Shown: positions 25,896 to 34,024 of the stretch, one piece after another
Layout of the letters: each line of letters begins with the position of its first letter
How positions within the stretch are numbered: the stretch's first letter is position 1
From: a bacterium
GTDB taxonomy: Bacteria > Patescibacteriota > Microgenomatia > Levybacterales > UBA12049
NCBI GenBank assembly: GCA_041691355.1
Contig: JBEPUU010000002.1
Coordinates: 1 to 34,024, forward strand
Direction: 5' to 3'
Length of the DNA: 34,024 bases
Translations under genes and position numbers: made by a program
Notes under the pieces: generated by a model
Database searches by the model: none
Told to the model about the DNA's origin: nothing
The model's input: only the letters and a program-made list of their open reading frames with translations

Positions 25896-25987
25896 GTGTT
25901 GATGTATTTGTTGAGGTTGGGATTTAGGTAAATAGATTATAAATATAAAATAAAAGTCTTAAGTAAGACTTTAGAGAAAGAAAAAAT

Positions 25988-26902
25988 ATGTTACAAGCAT
26001 TAATTGGACAAAAAATTGATCAAGCACAGACGTTTCTTGAAAACGGTCAGCGAATTCCTGTTACGGAAGTTTCTGTAACAGATAATATTGTTGTGCAAGT
26101 TAAAACAGTTGAGAAAGACAAATATACCGCTGTGCAAGTAGGTTTTGGAACAAAGAAAAAACCAATACAAGCACTCAGTGGTCACAGTAAAAAAGCAGGA
26201 CTTGAGACTACTCCGTCACTTATTCGTGAAGTTGCATGGGAAGGCGATGAGGAATTGCCAAAATCAGGAGATGTTATAGCAGTTGAAGCAGTTTTCAAGC
26301 CAGGTGACCTTGTTAAAGTAACAGGAACATCAAAAGGAAAAGGGTTTGCAGGAACTGTTAAACGATATAATTTCCGAGGAGGGCCTAAGACGCATGGACA
26401 ATCAGATCGTCATCGTGCGCCAGGATCAATTGGTCAAGGAACAACGCCAGGAAGAGTCTATAAAGGAAAAAGAATGGCAGGGCACATGGGTGTGGAAACA
26501 GTAACTGTCAGCAATCTCGTCGTCGTTGATGTTGATTCCGAAAACAATAAATTATATGTTTTGGGATTGGTACCAGGACATAAAAAAGGAATGCTTGTTA
26601 TAACTCGAACCGGAGAGACAAAGAAATTTGTCCGTTTGCTTTCAGTCAAACAAAAAGAAGATGCACTGGCGGCAATAGAAGCTGAGAAATTGGCAAAAGA
26701 ACAAGAAAAAGCTGCAGCAGAAGCTGCTAAGGCAGAAGAAAAGGCTGCAAGAGAAGCAGCAAAAAATACACCGAATGAAGACAGCTCAACAGAGACTGAA
26801 GAAGTAAAAACTGAAGTTTCTGAACCAGTTGCAGAAACAGAACCAGCAGTTGAATCTAAAGAAGAAGCAGTAAAGGAAGGAGAAGCTGAGAATGGCAACT
26901 AA
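25988..26902 (+). CDS. rplC: 50S ribosomal protein L3 with ~90-aa acidic Ala/Glu/Lys-rich C-terminal extension
   Basis: L3 core (FKPGDLVKVTGTSKGKGFAGTVKRYNFRGGPKTHG) ends near ...VITRTGE (aa ~210). The ORF continues to aa 304. Confidence 0.93.
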   Translation: MLQALIGQKIDQAQTFLENGQRIPVTEVSVTDNIVVQVKTVEKDKYTAVQVGFGTKKKPIQALSGHSKKAGLETTPSLIREVAWEGDEELPKSGDVIAVEAVFKPGDLVKVTGTSKGKGFAGTVKRYNFRGGPKTHGQSDRHRAPGSIGQGTTPGRVYKGKRMAGHMGVETVTVSNLVVVDVDSENNKLYVLGLVPGHKKGMLVITRTGETKKFVRLLSVKQKEDALAAIEAEKLAKEQEKAAAEAAKAEEKAAREAAKNTPNEDSSTETEEVKTEVSEPVAETEPAVESKEEAVKEGEAENGN

Positions 26903-27728
26903 AACAGAAGAAACAAAAAAAACAGTGAAGAAAGCAGTGGGTAAACCAGCAAAAATTGCTGCAGCTAAACCTGTAAGTAAACCAGTGAAAAAAGAACCTA
27001 CAACCAAAATTGTAAAAACAAAAATTGTTACGGAAACGATAAAAACCGATAGTGGAGTTGTCAGTAAAAGAGTTGAGAAAACCTATGCCACAGTAAGTAT
27101 CGATGTTGTTGGAATTGATGGCAAAGTAACGGGTAAAGTTTCACTTCCGGGTGAAATATTTGGTGAAACGGTAAATAAAGCACTTCTCGCACAAGCTGTA
27201 CGAGTATATCTTGCAAATCAGCGACAGGGAAATGCTTCAACCAAAACTCGGGGAGAGGTAGATGGATCAACTCGAAAGATTTATCGACAAAAAGGAACAG
27301 GTCGCGCACGTCATGGTGGAATACGTGCCCCAATATTTGTTAAAGGTGGAGTCGTATTTGGACCAAAACCACGTGATTTTAGCCTTGCTCTTCCACAAAA
27401 AATGAAGCGAAAAGCCTTATTTGTCGCACTCTCGGCCAAAGTAAAAGATAATGAAGTAACTATCATTGATGGATTAGGCAAAATTGAACCAAAGACAAAA
27501 AACTTTGCAGGAATGCTCAAAAGTTTGGGAATAGCTGAAAAGAAACAAAAATTATTGTTTGTCACAAGTGGAGATGCTGTATCTGTTTTGAGAGCTGGGC
27601 AAAATTTACAGGGAGTGAGCTTTATCTCATCAAGGCTTATAAATACGTATGCAGTGCTTGGTGCAAAAAGAATAGTTATGATGAAAGATGCAATTGATGA
27701 AATGAAGGAGCATTTCTTTAAAAAATGA
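26892..27728 (+). CDS. rplD: 50S ribosomal protein L4 with ~65-aa Lys-rich N-terminal extension
   Basis: L4 core (ANQRQGNASTKTRGEV...GTGRARHG). There is no in-frame ATG/GTG/TTG between 26892 and the core. 11-nt overlap with rplC. Confidence 0.9.
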   Translation: MATKTEETKKTVKKAVGKPAKIAAAKPVSKPVKKEPTTKIVKTKIVTETIKTDSGVVSKRVEKTYATVSIDVVGIDGKVTGKVSLPGEIFGETVNKALLAQAVRVYLANQRQGNASTKTRGEVDGSTRKIYRQKGTGRARHGGIRAPIFVKGGVVFGPKPRDFSLALPQKMKRKALFVALSAKVKDNEVTIIDGLGKIEPKTKNFAGMLKSLGIAEKKQKLLFVTSGDAVSVLRAGQNLQGVSFISSRLINTYAVLGAKRIVMMKDAIDEMKEHFFKK

Positions 27729-28033
27729 ATACAGTTATTATCAAACCATTAGTTACAGAAAAATCAATGACAGACGTGAGTCACGGAAAATATTCATTTG
27801 TTGTTTCAAAAGACGCACGAAAATCGGCAATTAAATATGCAATAAAACAACAATTTAACGTAACTGTAGTAAGTGTTTCAACAATTACAGTAAAAGGCAG
27901 AACCAAAAGAGTTGGAACGAGAAGACAGGAAGTTCCATCTCCTAAATGGAAAAAAGCAATAGTGACTGTTAAAAAAGGAGACAAAATAGCCTTATTTGAG
28001 CCAGGTGGAGGAGAAGAATCTAAGAAAAAATAG
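27725..28033 (+). CDS. rplW: 50S ribosomal protein L23
   Basis: IIKPLVTEKS...YSFVVSKDARKSAIKYAIKQQFNV. ATGA overlap with rplD. Confidence 0.93.
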   Translation: MNTVIIKPLVTEKSMTDVSHGKYSFVVSKDARKSAIKYAIKQQFNVTVVSVSTITVKGRTKRVGTRRQEVPSPKWKKAIVTVKKGDKIALFEPGGGEESKKK

Positions 28034-28050
28034 CTTAGAGCAATATTTGT

Positions 28051-28812
28051 ATGAAAAAACTGAAAGTTATTAAGAAGAAACATTCTGGTCGAGATGCAAG
28101 CGGACAAGTTGTTGTACGTCATCAAGGTGGAGGACACAAAAGATATCTTAGAACCATTGATTTTAAACGTAACAAATTTGGGATTGTTGGAAAAGTTGTT
28201 GCAATAGAATATGATCCAAATAGAACCTGTGATATTGCACTCATTCATTATCCTGATGGAGAAAAAAGATATATTTTGGCTCCCCAAGGATTGAAAGAAA
28301 ATGATACAATTTGCAGTGGAAAAGGCGTCGAACCAAAGTTGGGTAATTCTTTACCACTTGGTGAGATACCTGCAGGATCAATTGTACACAATATCGAATT
28401 GACCCCAGGCAAAGGTGGACAAATTGCACGAGGTGCAGGAACTGGAGCGATTGTTTCATCAAAAGAAGGCGGATATGTATTTATCAAAATGCCTTCAAGT
28501 GAAATGCGACGCATAACTGAGCTTGCAATGGCAACAATCGGGCAAGTTGGAAATGCGGGATGGAAAAACGAAGTTATCGGTAAAGCAGGAAGAGCACGTA
28601 ATATGGGTCGCAGGCCAACTGTTCGAGGGGTTGCTCAAAATCCTCGCTCACATCCTCATGGTGGAGGAGAAGCCAGGTCAGGTATTGGTATGAAATATCC
28701 AAAGACCTATACAGGGCGAAAAGCAGTTGGAAAAACACGAAAACCGAAAAAATATTCAGATAAATATATTATCTCAAGAAGAAAGGGAGGAAAACATAAT
28801 CCTTCAAAATAA
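28051..28812 (+). CDS. rplB: 50S ribosomal protein L2 (N-terminally short)
   Basis: [47 protein letters not shown]. 253 aa. Confidence 0.93.
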   Translation: MKKLKVIKKKHSGRDASGQVVVRHQGGGHKRYLRTIDFKRNKFGIVGKVVAIEYDPNRTCDIALIHYPDGEKRYILAPQGLKENDTICSGKGVEPKLGNSLPLGEIPAGSIVHNIELTPGKGGQIARGAGTGAIVSSKEGGYVFIKMPSSEMRRITELAMATIGQVGNAGWKNEVIGKAGRARNMGRRPTVRGVAQNPRSHPHGGGEARSGIGMKYPKTYTGRKAVGKTRKPKKYSDKYIISRRKGGKHNPSK

Positions 28813-28817
28813 TAATT

Positions 28818-29102
28818 ATGGCACGAAGTAGCAAAAAAGGACCATATATAGACGAAAAATTGCTTCTTAAAATTACGAAGCAGAATCAAATGGGCAAAAA
28901 TGAGCCAATAAAAACGTGGTCTCGTTCCAGTCAAATAGCGCCTGATTATGTCGGACATACGTTGATGATTCATAACGGTAAGCACTTTATTTCAGTTTTG
29001 ATTTCTGAGGGAATGGTTGGACACCGACTTGGTGAATTCTCGCCAACAAGAACATTTAGAGGTCACGGAAAGATCGTAGCACGAGAGGTAAGTAAGACTT
29101 AG
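28818..29102 (+). CDS. rpsS: 30S ribosomal protein S19
   Basis: [12 protein letters not shown]...[11 protein letters not shown]...[16 protein letters not shown]. Confidence 0.95.
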   Translation: MARSSKKGPYIDEKLLLKITKQNQMGKNEPIKTWSRSSQIAPDYVGHTLMIHNGKHFISVLISEGMVGHRLGEFSPTRTFRGHGKIVAREVSKT

Positions 29103-29106
29103 TATT

Positions 29107-29511
29107 ATGGAAGTAAGAGCAATAGCAAAATCAGTACGAGTAAGTCCAAGAAAATTGCGTTTGATCGCAGATGCAATGCGAAATAGACAAATTGATGATG
29201 CAAATCGCGTGTTGGAAGTAACGCAGAAACGAGCTGCAAAAATTTTCCAAAAAACGCTGAGGAGTGCAGTTGCCAATGCAGTTAATAACGCAAAGTTGGA
29301 AACCAATAATTTATTGATTGCAAGTGTTATGGTTAATGAAGCGCCTGCGTTCAAAAGATTTCGGCCGTCAACCAGAGGAAGGATTCATCCTTACAAAAAA
29401 CGGGGAAGTCACTTAACAATAGTGCTTAAAGAAAGAGTAATTGCTGCACCTGTGTTACCAAAGGTTGTCGCAAAAAAGGAAACAAAAGAAGAAGTAGGAG
29501 GTAAGAAATAG
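29107..29511 (+). CDS. rplV: 50S ribosomal protein L22
   Basis: VRVSPRKLRLIADAMR...ANAVNNA...FKRFRPSTRGRIHPYKKRGSHLTIVL. Short basic C-terminal tail. Confidence 0.93.
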   Translation: MEVRAIAKSVRVSPRKLRLIADAMRNRQIDDANRVLEVTQKRAAKIFQKTLRSAVANAVNNAKLETNNLLIASVMVNEAPAFKRFRPSTRGRIHPYKKRGSHLTIVLKERVIAAPVLPKVVAKKETKEEVGGKK

Positions 29512-29512
29512 T

Positions 29513-30169
29513 ATGGGACAGAAAGTAAATCCACACGTTATTAGATTGGGAGTAGTACATGGTTGGAGTAGTCGTTGGTTTGACGAAAGGCAATACAAGA
29601 ATATTGTTCTTGAAGATTATGGTTTGAGAACTATGCTGATGAAAAGACTTAAATCTGCCGGAATTGCGATTGTTGAAATTGAGAGATCAATTAACAGTCT
29701 AAAAATTATTATGCATGTTTCTCGTCCCGGTATCGTTATTGGACGCGGGGGGGCAGGTTTAGAAGAACTTAAGAAAGCTATTGCAGCATTTTTCTTTATA
29801 CAGCGCGGAAATAAGACAATGCCAAAGCTTGATATACGAGTTGAACCGGTAAAAGAACCAAATTTAAATGCGCAGTTGGTTGCAGTCAATATCGCAGATC
29901 AGCTTATCCGAAGACTTCCTTTTAAACGAGTGCTTAATTCAACTTCAGAACGAGTTATGAGTTCAGGAGCTTTGGGAGTAAAGATTCTTTTGACAGGACG
30001 AATTAACGGAGCTGAGATTGGAAGACGAGAAAAAATTCATGTTGGCACAGTACCATTATCAACGATTCGGGAAAATATTAGTTATGCGCAGGTTCCAGCT
30101 CTCACAAAAAAAGGGTACATTGGAGTGAAGGTTTGGATTAATAGACCTGAAGGAAAGGATATTATTTAG
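29513..30169 (+). CDS. rpsC: 30S ribosomal protein S3
   Basis: [13 protein letters not shown]...WSSRWF. KH-type [10 protein letters not shown] segment. 218 aa. Confidence 0.95.
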   Translation: MGQKVNPHVIRLGVVHGWSSRWFDERQYKNIVLEDYGLRTMLMKRLKSAGIAIVEIERSINSLKIIMHVSRPGIVIGRGGAGLEELKKAIAAFFFIQRGNKTMPKLDIRVEPVKEPNLNAQLVAVNIADQLIRRLPFKRVLNSTSERVMSSGALGVKILLTGRINGAEIGRREKIHVGTVPLSTIRENISYAQVPALTKKGYIGVKVWINRPEGKDII

Positions 30170-30170
30170 T

Positions 30171-30584
30171 ATGTTAATGCCAAAAAGACAAAAATATCGA
30201 AAGCAACAACGAGGAAGTATGAAAGGTGTTGCAGACCGCGGAACTAAACTTTCTTTTGGTGATTATGGTTTGCAAACATTGGATATTGGGTGGATCAGCA
30301 GTCGTCAAATTGAGTCGGCTCGTCGAGCAATCAGTAACTATACACAACGAGGTGGGAGAATTTGGATTACTATTTTTCCTGACAAACCTATTTCAAAAAA
30401 ACCACCAGAAGTAAGAATGGGAGGTGGCAAAGGTGATATAGAGTCATACGTTGCACCTGTCAGACCGGGAAGAATTATGTTTGAAATGGCAGGAGTGAGC
30501 GCAGAAGTTGCAAAAGAAGCACTTCGTCTTGCTTCACACAAATTGCCTGTTAAGACACGAATACTTGTTAAAGGAGAAATGTAA
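30171..30584 (+). CDS. rplP: 50S ribosomal protein L16
   Basis: [15 protein letters not shown]...VRMGGGKG. Confidence 0.95.
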   Translation: MLMPKRQKYRKQQRGSMKGVADRGTKLSFGDYGLQTLDIGWISSRQIESARRAISNYTQRGGRIWITIFPDKPISKKPPEVRMGGGKGDIESYVAPVRPGRIMFEMAGVSAEVAKEALRLASHKLPVKTRILVKGEM

Positions 30585-30588
30585 AAAT

Positions 30589-30804
30589 ATGAAAACGACT
30601 GATAAAAAAAACTTACAAACAAAAAGTGCAAAAGAATTGAGGAAATTAATTGAGGAAACGTACAAAACATTAAGTCAATTCCGGCTTGATCATGTACAAA
30701 ATAAATTAAAGAATACACGTAGTATTTTCAATACACGAAAAGATATTGCGGTTATGCAATCGACCTTGCAAGTAAAATTGAAGGAAAAGGAGGAGGAAAA
30801 ATAA
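30589..30804 (+). CDS. rpmC: 50S ribosomal protein L29
   Basis: Start at MKTTDKKNL (ATG 30589), just after the rplP stop. ELRKLIEETYKTLSQFRLDHVQNKLKNT. The longer ORF-track start would overlap rplP. Confidence 0.88.
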   Translation: MKTTDKKNLQTKSAKELRKLIEETYKTLSQFRLDHVQNKLKNTRSIFNTRKDIAVMQSTLQVKLKEKEEEK

Positions 30805-30805
30805 T

Positions 30806-31045
30806 ATGGCAAAAGTATTAACAGGAAAAGTAGTTTCACTTAAGATGCAAAATACAGCAGTTATTGAAGTGTCACGCCGAGTGCCACATCCATTATATAA
30901 AAAGCTTTTGAAGAAAAGTAAACATTTTAATGTAGATACAGCAGGAAAGACTGTCGAAGTTGGAAATGAAGTAAAAATCGTTGAGACCAAACCTATTTCA
31001 AAAACTAAATATTTTGCAATCAAGGAGGTAATTACAAAAAAATAA
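30806..31045 (+). CDS. rpsQ: 30S ribosomal protein S17
   Basis: LTGKVVSLKMQNTAVIEVSRRVPHPLYKK...VETKPISKTKYF. Confidence 0.93.
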   Translation: MAKVLTGKVVSLKMQNTAVIEVSRRVPHPLYKKLLKKSKHFNVDTAGKTVEVGNEVKIVETKPISKTKYFAIKEVITKK

Positions 31046-31056
31046 CACCACTCGTT

Positions 31057-31084
31057 TTGACTTTACTAAATATATTGGTAAAAT
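31057..31084 (+). promoter_or_regulatory. candidate internal promoter ahead of rplN (S10/spc boundary)
   Basis: TTGACT (31057-31062), 16 nt, TAAAAT (31079-31084) with TG at 31076-31077 (extended -10). Located in the only sizeable gap (85 nt) of the r-protein run. Confidence 0.5.
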
Positions 31085-31130
31085 CAAAAACTCGGGTATT
31101 GCATGTTATTAGAAAGTAAGAGGTATTTAT

Positions 31131-31505
31131 ATGTTACAACTAAGAAGTATTGTAAAAGCAGCAGATAATTCAGGAGCAAAAGAACTCTATATCATTCATG
31201 TGTTCGGAGGCTCTAAGAGAAAATTCGCTCGAATCGGCGATGTAGTGAATGCGGTTGTTAAATCGGCAATCCCTCACGGACAAGTCAAAGATTCAGAAAT
31301 GGTAAAAGCCGTAGTTGTTAGAACACGAAAAGAATTCAGACGAGCTGATGGATCATATGTCAGATTTTCAGATAACGCAGTCGTTGTGATTGATAATCCA
31401 AAAGATAAAAATGTTCGTGGAACTCGTATTTTCGGACCAATAGCTCGTGAAGTACGTGATCGAGGATTCATGAAGATAGCCAGTATGGCTGTAGAGGTAG
31501 TTTAG
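31131..31505 (+). CDS. rplN: 50S ribosomal protein L14
   Basis: [17 protein letters not shown]...[11 protein letters not shown]...[12 protein letters not shown] aagagg upstream. Confidence 0.95.
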   Translation: MLQLRSIVKAADNSGAKELYIIHVFGGSKRKFARIGDVVNAVVKSAIPHGQVKDSEMVKAVVVRTRKEFRRADGSYVRFSDNAVVVIDNPKDKNVRGTRIFGPIAREVRDRGFMKIASMAVEVV

Positions 31506-31526
31506 AAAGGGACGTAAATTAATAAT

Positions 31527-31832
31527 ATGAAATTAAAAAAAGGAGATTTGGTAACAGTAGTTCGAGGGAAAGATAATGGTAAAACAGAAAAAATTACCAA
31601 AGTTTTTTCCAAAGAAGGCAAGGTGCTTGTTGAAGGTGTAAATCAATACAAACGCCATGTCAAATCACGTATGCAGGGACAAAAATCAGAGATTATTACA
31701 ATAACCAAACCTCTGGCTGTTGCAAGCGTACAATTGGTTTGTCCAAAATGTAAAAAACTTACACGTATTGGATACAAATTCTTAAAAGATGAAAAAGTAC
31801 GCATCTGTAGGAAATGTAGCGCGGAGATATGA
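31527..31832 (+). CDS. rplX: 50S ribosomal protein L24 (Cys4 zinc-ribbon form)
   Basis: KKGDLVTVVRGKDNGK (KOW motif). C-terminal CPKC...CRKC. Confidence 0.93.
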   Translation: MKLKKGDLVTVVRGKDNGKTEKITKVFSKEGKVLVEGVNQYKRHVKSRMQGQKSEIITITKPLAVASVQLVCPKCKKLTRIGYKFLKDEKVRICRKCSAEI

Positions 31833-31858
31833 TTATGACCTAAAGAAGGGAAAAAAAT

Positions 31859-32410
31859 ATGGAATTAAAAAAGAAATATAAAGACGAATTAATTAAAAAG
31901 TTAGAAAAAGATTTGGGAATCAAAAACCCCATGGCTGTGCCACGTCTTGATAAGATAGTTATCAATATGGGGGTTAAAGATGCAATAACGGATAAAAAAA
32001 TAATTGAAAAGATGGGAGGAGCTTTGGGACAGGTAACTGGGCAGAAAGTAAAGCCAACTCGAGCAAAACAAGCGATTGCAGGATTTAAGATCCGCCAAGG
32101 CGATGTGATTGGTCTTATGGTGACACTTCGTGGTAAACGAATGTACGAATTTTATGATCGATTGATCAAAATTGTCCTTCCAAGACTAAAAGATTTTCGT
32201 GGAGTTCCTCGGGGGAGTTTTGATCTACGAGGAAATTACACACTCGGATTTCATGAGTATTCAACATTTCCTGAGATTGATCCAGCAAGTGTTGAGAGAT
32301 TACAGGGAATGGAAATGATTTTTGTAACGACGGCACAAAATAAAGAACAAGGATTTGCGTTGCTTGAAGCGCTTGGAATGCCTTTCGCAAAAGAACCAAA
32401 GCGCAAGTAG
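31859..32410 (+). CDS. rplE: 50S ribosomal protein L5
   Basis: NPMAVPRLDKIVINMGV...RGKRMYEFYDRL...LRGNYTLGFHEYSTFPEI. Confidence 0.95.
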   Translation: MELKKKYKDELIKKLEKDLGIKNPMAVPRLDKIVINMGVKDAITDKKIIEKMGGALGQVTGQKVKPTRAKQAIAGFKIRQGDVIGLMVTLRGKRMYEFYDRLIKIVLPRLKDFRGVPRGSFDLRGNYTLGFHEYSTFPEIDPASVERLQGMEMIFVTTAQNKEQGFALLEALGMPFAKEPKRK

Positions 32411-32461
32411 CCTTGAAAATATGGTATAATGACGAGCATCTAGTTTAAAAGATTAAAACAT

Positions 32462-32647
32462 ATGGCAAAAACATCAGACATTGTAAAATTTAAGAAAAAA
32501 CAGAAATTTGAGGTTCGACAAGTAAACCGATGTGGAATCTGTGGTCGTGCTCGAGGATATATGAGACGATTCGGACTCTGCAGAATTTGTTTCCGTGAAC
32601 GAGCTATGAAAGGAGAACTCCCTGGCGTTTATAAAGCCAGTTGGTAA
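32462..32647 (+). CDS. rpsN: 30S ribosomal protein S14 type Z (zinc-binding, 61 aa)
   Basis: [23 protein letters not shown], ending ...YKASW. 61-aa short form. Confidence 0.93.
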   Translation: MAKTSDIVKFKKKQKFEVRQVNRCGICGRARGYMRRFGLCRICFRERAMKGELPGVYKASW

Positions 32648-32653
32648 AAAATT

Positions 32654-33043
32654 ATGAATTACGTTATAGGAGATTTTGTTATTCAATTAAAAAATGCAGC
32701 ACTTGCTCGTCGAAAAGCAGTAGTTGCTCCATATGCAAATATGAGTAAAGCAGTTGCTAAGGTCTTGAAAAAAGAAGGATTTGTTGATGCAATTAGTGAA
32801 GAATCAATTGATGGAAAACGCATGATTTCTGTTTCTCTTCGGTATCAACGACGCAAACCCGCAATTACAGATATTTATTTGGTTTCTAAACCATCACTGC
32901 GCACATATGTCGGAGCCGATGAAATTGCCCGAAAACAAGGTCGTGCATCAACTGCGATACTATCAACCAATGTTGGTATTCTGACCGGAAATGATGCGAT
33001 TAAAAAAGGCGTTGGTGGAGAATTATTGTTTAAAATTTGGTAA
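32654..33043 (+). CDS. rpsH: 30S ribosomal protein S8
   Basis: IGDFVIQLKNA...ILSTNVGILTGNDAIKKGVGGELLFKIW. Confidence 0.95.
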   Translation: MNYVIGDFVIQLKNAALARRKAVVAPYANMSKAVAKVLKKEGFVDAISEESIDGKRMISVSLRYQRRKPAITDIYLVSKPSLRTYVGADEIARKQGRASTAILSTNVGILTGNDAIKKGVGGELLFKIW

Positions 33044-33079
33044 CCCTTCGACTAACGCGCAGGGTGCAAAAGGAAAACT

Positions 33080-33631
33080 ATGTCAAAAATTGGAAAATTA
33101 CCTATTACAATTGGAAGCGGTGTTACCGTTACTGTTATAGGAAGAAATGTAACAGTTAATGGCCCAAAAGGAAATGGAATATTGCCATTGCCTGAAGGAA
33201 TCGATGTCCAAACCCAAGAAGGCAGAGTCCTTGTGACAGCAAAAAAATTAGAAGAACGCAGGGTAAAATCCATGTATGGATTGACTCGAGCAAACCTTGC
33301 CAATCTTGTCAAAGGATTGGATTCAGGATTTGAAAAAAAACTTGAGATAATAGGCGTTGGATATCGCGCACAAATGCAAGGTGTTGATTTAGTTTTGTCA
33401 CTGGGATTTGCGCACCCGGTAAAATTTCATCCACGAGATGGAGTTACCGTTGCAGTTGCAGATAATGTAATTACAGTTAGTGGTACCGACCGACAACTTG
33501 TAGGTGAAGCAGCAGCAAATATACGAAAGGTCAAACCACCGGAACCATACAAAGGAAAAGGTATTCGATACAAAGGTGAAAGAGTAAGAAGAAAAGCTGG
33601 TAAAGCTGCAAAAGCAGCAGGAGCAAAATAG
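33080..33631 (+). CDS. rplF: 50S ribosomal protein L6
   Basis: MSKIGKLPITIGSGVTV...GVGYRA...PEPYKGKGIRYKGE. Confidence 0.95.
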   Translation: MSKIGKLPITIGSGVTVTVIGRNVTVNGPKGNGILPLPEGIDVQTQEGRVLVTAKKLEERRVKSMYGLTRANLANLVKGLDSGFEKKLEIIGVGYRAQMQGVDLVLSLGFAHPVKFHPRDGVTVAVADNVITVSGTDRQLVGEAAANIRKVKPPEPYKGKGIRYKGERVRRKAGKAAKAAGAK

Positions 33632-33634
33632 GCT

Positions 33635-33979
33635 ATGAACGACAACCAAAAAAGATTGCATAGGCAAATAAGAAGTAGAAAAAAGACATCAAACGTCACA
33701 AAACGCGTACGGCTTAGTGTGTTTAGATCCAATAATTACGTCTATGCACAAATTATTGATATAAAGGGAGATACAATTGTTAGTGTTTCTGAAAAAGTTC
33801 TTAAAAACGACGCAAAAAGTACACCTATTGATCGAGCAAAACAAGTTGGTATAGAGATTGCAAAAGTAGCTCTGGCAAAAAAAGTTACAGAAGTTGCTTT
33901 TGATAAAGGAAGATTTGCATATCATGGAAGAGTCAAAGCAGTTGCAGAGGGAGCACGCGAAGGAGGACTTAATTTATAA
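33635..33979 (+). CDS. rplR: 50S ribosomal protein L18
   Basis: RLSVFRSNNYVYAQIID...VAFDKGRFAYHGRVKAVAEGAREGGL. Confidence 0.95.
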   Translation: MNDNQKRLHRQIRSRKKTSNVTKRVRLSVFRSNNYVYAQIIDIKGDTIVSVSEKVLKNDAKSTPIDRAKQVGIEIAKVALAKKVTEVAFDKGRFAYHGRVKAVAEGAREGGLNL

Positions 33980-34024
33980 TGAATAATCAACAAAGCACAC
34001 AGAACGCACAACGAAGGCAACGAC
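33979..34024 (+). CDS. rpsE: 30S ribosomal protein S5, 5' fragment (runs off window)
   Basis: ATG overlaps the rplR stop (TAATG). Only MNNQQSTQNAQRRQR is visible. The call rests on the conserved L18-S5 gene order, not on visible motifs. Confidence 0.55.
   Translation, partial: MNNQQSTQNAQRRQR

Noticed and set aside
26458-27007. Minus-strand ORFs (146 aa and 73 aa) opposite the rplC/rplD junction
   Set aside because: They are the antisense reading of the purine-rich low-complexity tract, which gives Ser/Ala/Phe-rich shadow ORFs. There is no start context and no motifs.
27781-29354. Antisense ORFs of 168 aa, 88 aa, 92 aa and 120 aa across rplW, rplB, rpsS and rplV
   Set aside because: They lie opposite well-supported ribosomal protein genes. 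Their composition is typical of AT-rich shadow frames.
1-34024. Alternative genetic code (UGA recoding as in some candidate phyla)
   Set aside because: TGA closes well-defined genes at the expected protein ends (rplD at 27726-27728, rplX at 31830-31832). All conserved proteins read through intact with the standard table.

Overview
AT-rich bacterial window that uses the standard code (TGA is a stop at rplD and rplX). It has two halves.

(i) Bases 1-16.8 kb carry cell-envelope and glycan genes:
- a partial tpiA, an LCP-family ligase and a secreted GH12-like protein;
- a DUF2298 'YYY' membrane protein, a HAD hydrolase and a GT4 glycosyltransferase;
- a tightly packed nine-gene minus-strand array: PilN, PilO, a small S/P-rich membrane protein, an LPKTG surface protein with a Pro/Thr stalk, an FAD flavoprotein, a GT-C, a cyclase-fold hydrolase, and two more GT-C genes.

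(ii) Bases 16.8-34 kb carry translation genes. fusA and tuf are separated by a ~5.2 kb six-gene envelope-type insert (cupin, PIG-L deacetylase, ICMT-like methyltransferase, GH18-like protein, 7-TM PQ-loop-like protein, membrane-anchored PD40 propeller). A contiguous rpsJ-to-rpsE S10/spc cluster follows.

I found no rRNA, tRNA, CRISPR array, transposase or integrase, and no recognisable defence or toxin module.

The gene content suggests a small-genome, monoderm-like lineage such as CPR/Patescibacteria: many PMT_2/DUF2298-type membrane glycosyltransferases, LCP, LPXTG together with PilN/O, and extended or truncated ribosomal proteins. That is inference only.

The best candidate for an undescribed system is the apparently single-promoter PilN/O + LPXTG stalk protein + triple GT-C + cyclase + flavoprotein array. 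I read it as a possible dedicated surface-protein or pilus O-glycosylation module.

Secondary oddities:
- fragmentation of the str operon;
- a structured 246-nt rpsJ-rplC spacer;
- charge-complementary L3 and L4 extensions encoded by one continuous low-complexity tract;
- an N-terminally truncated L2;
- a GH12-like protein that seems to lack the nucleophile Glu.

All family calls come from motif reading by eye. No database search was possible.
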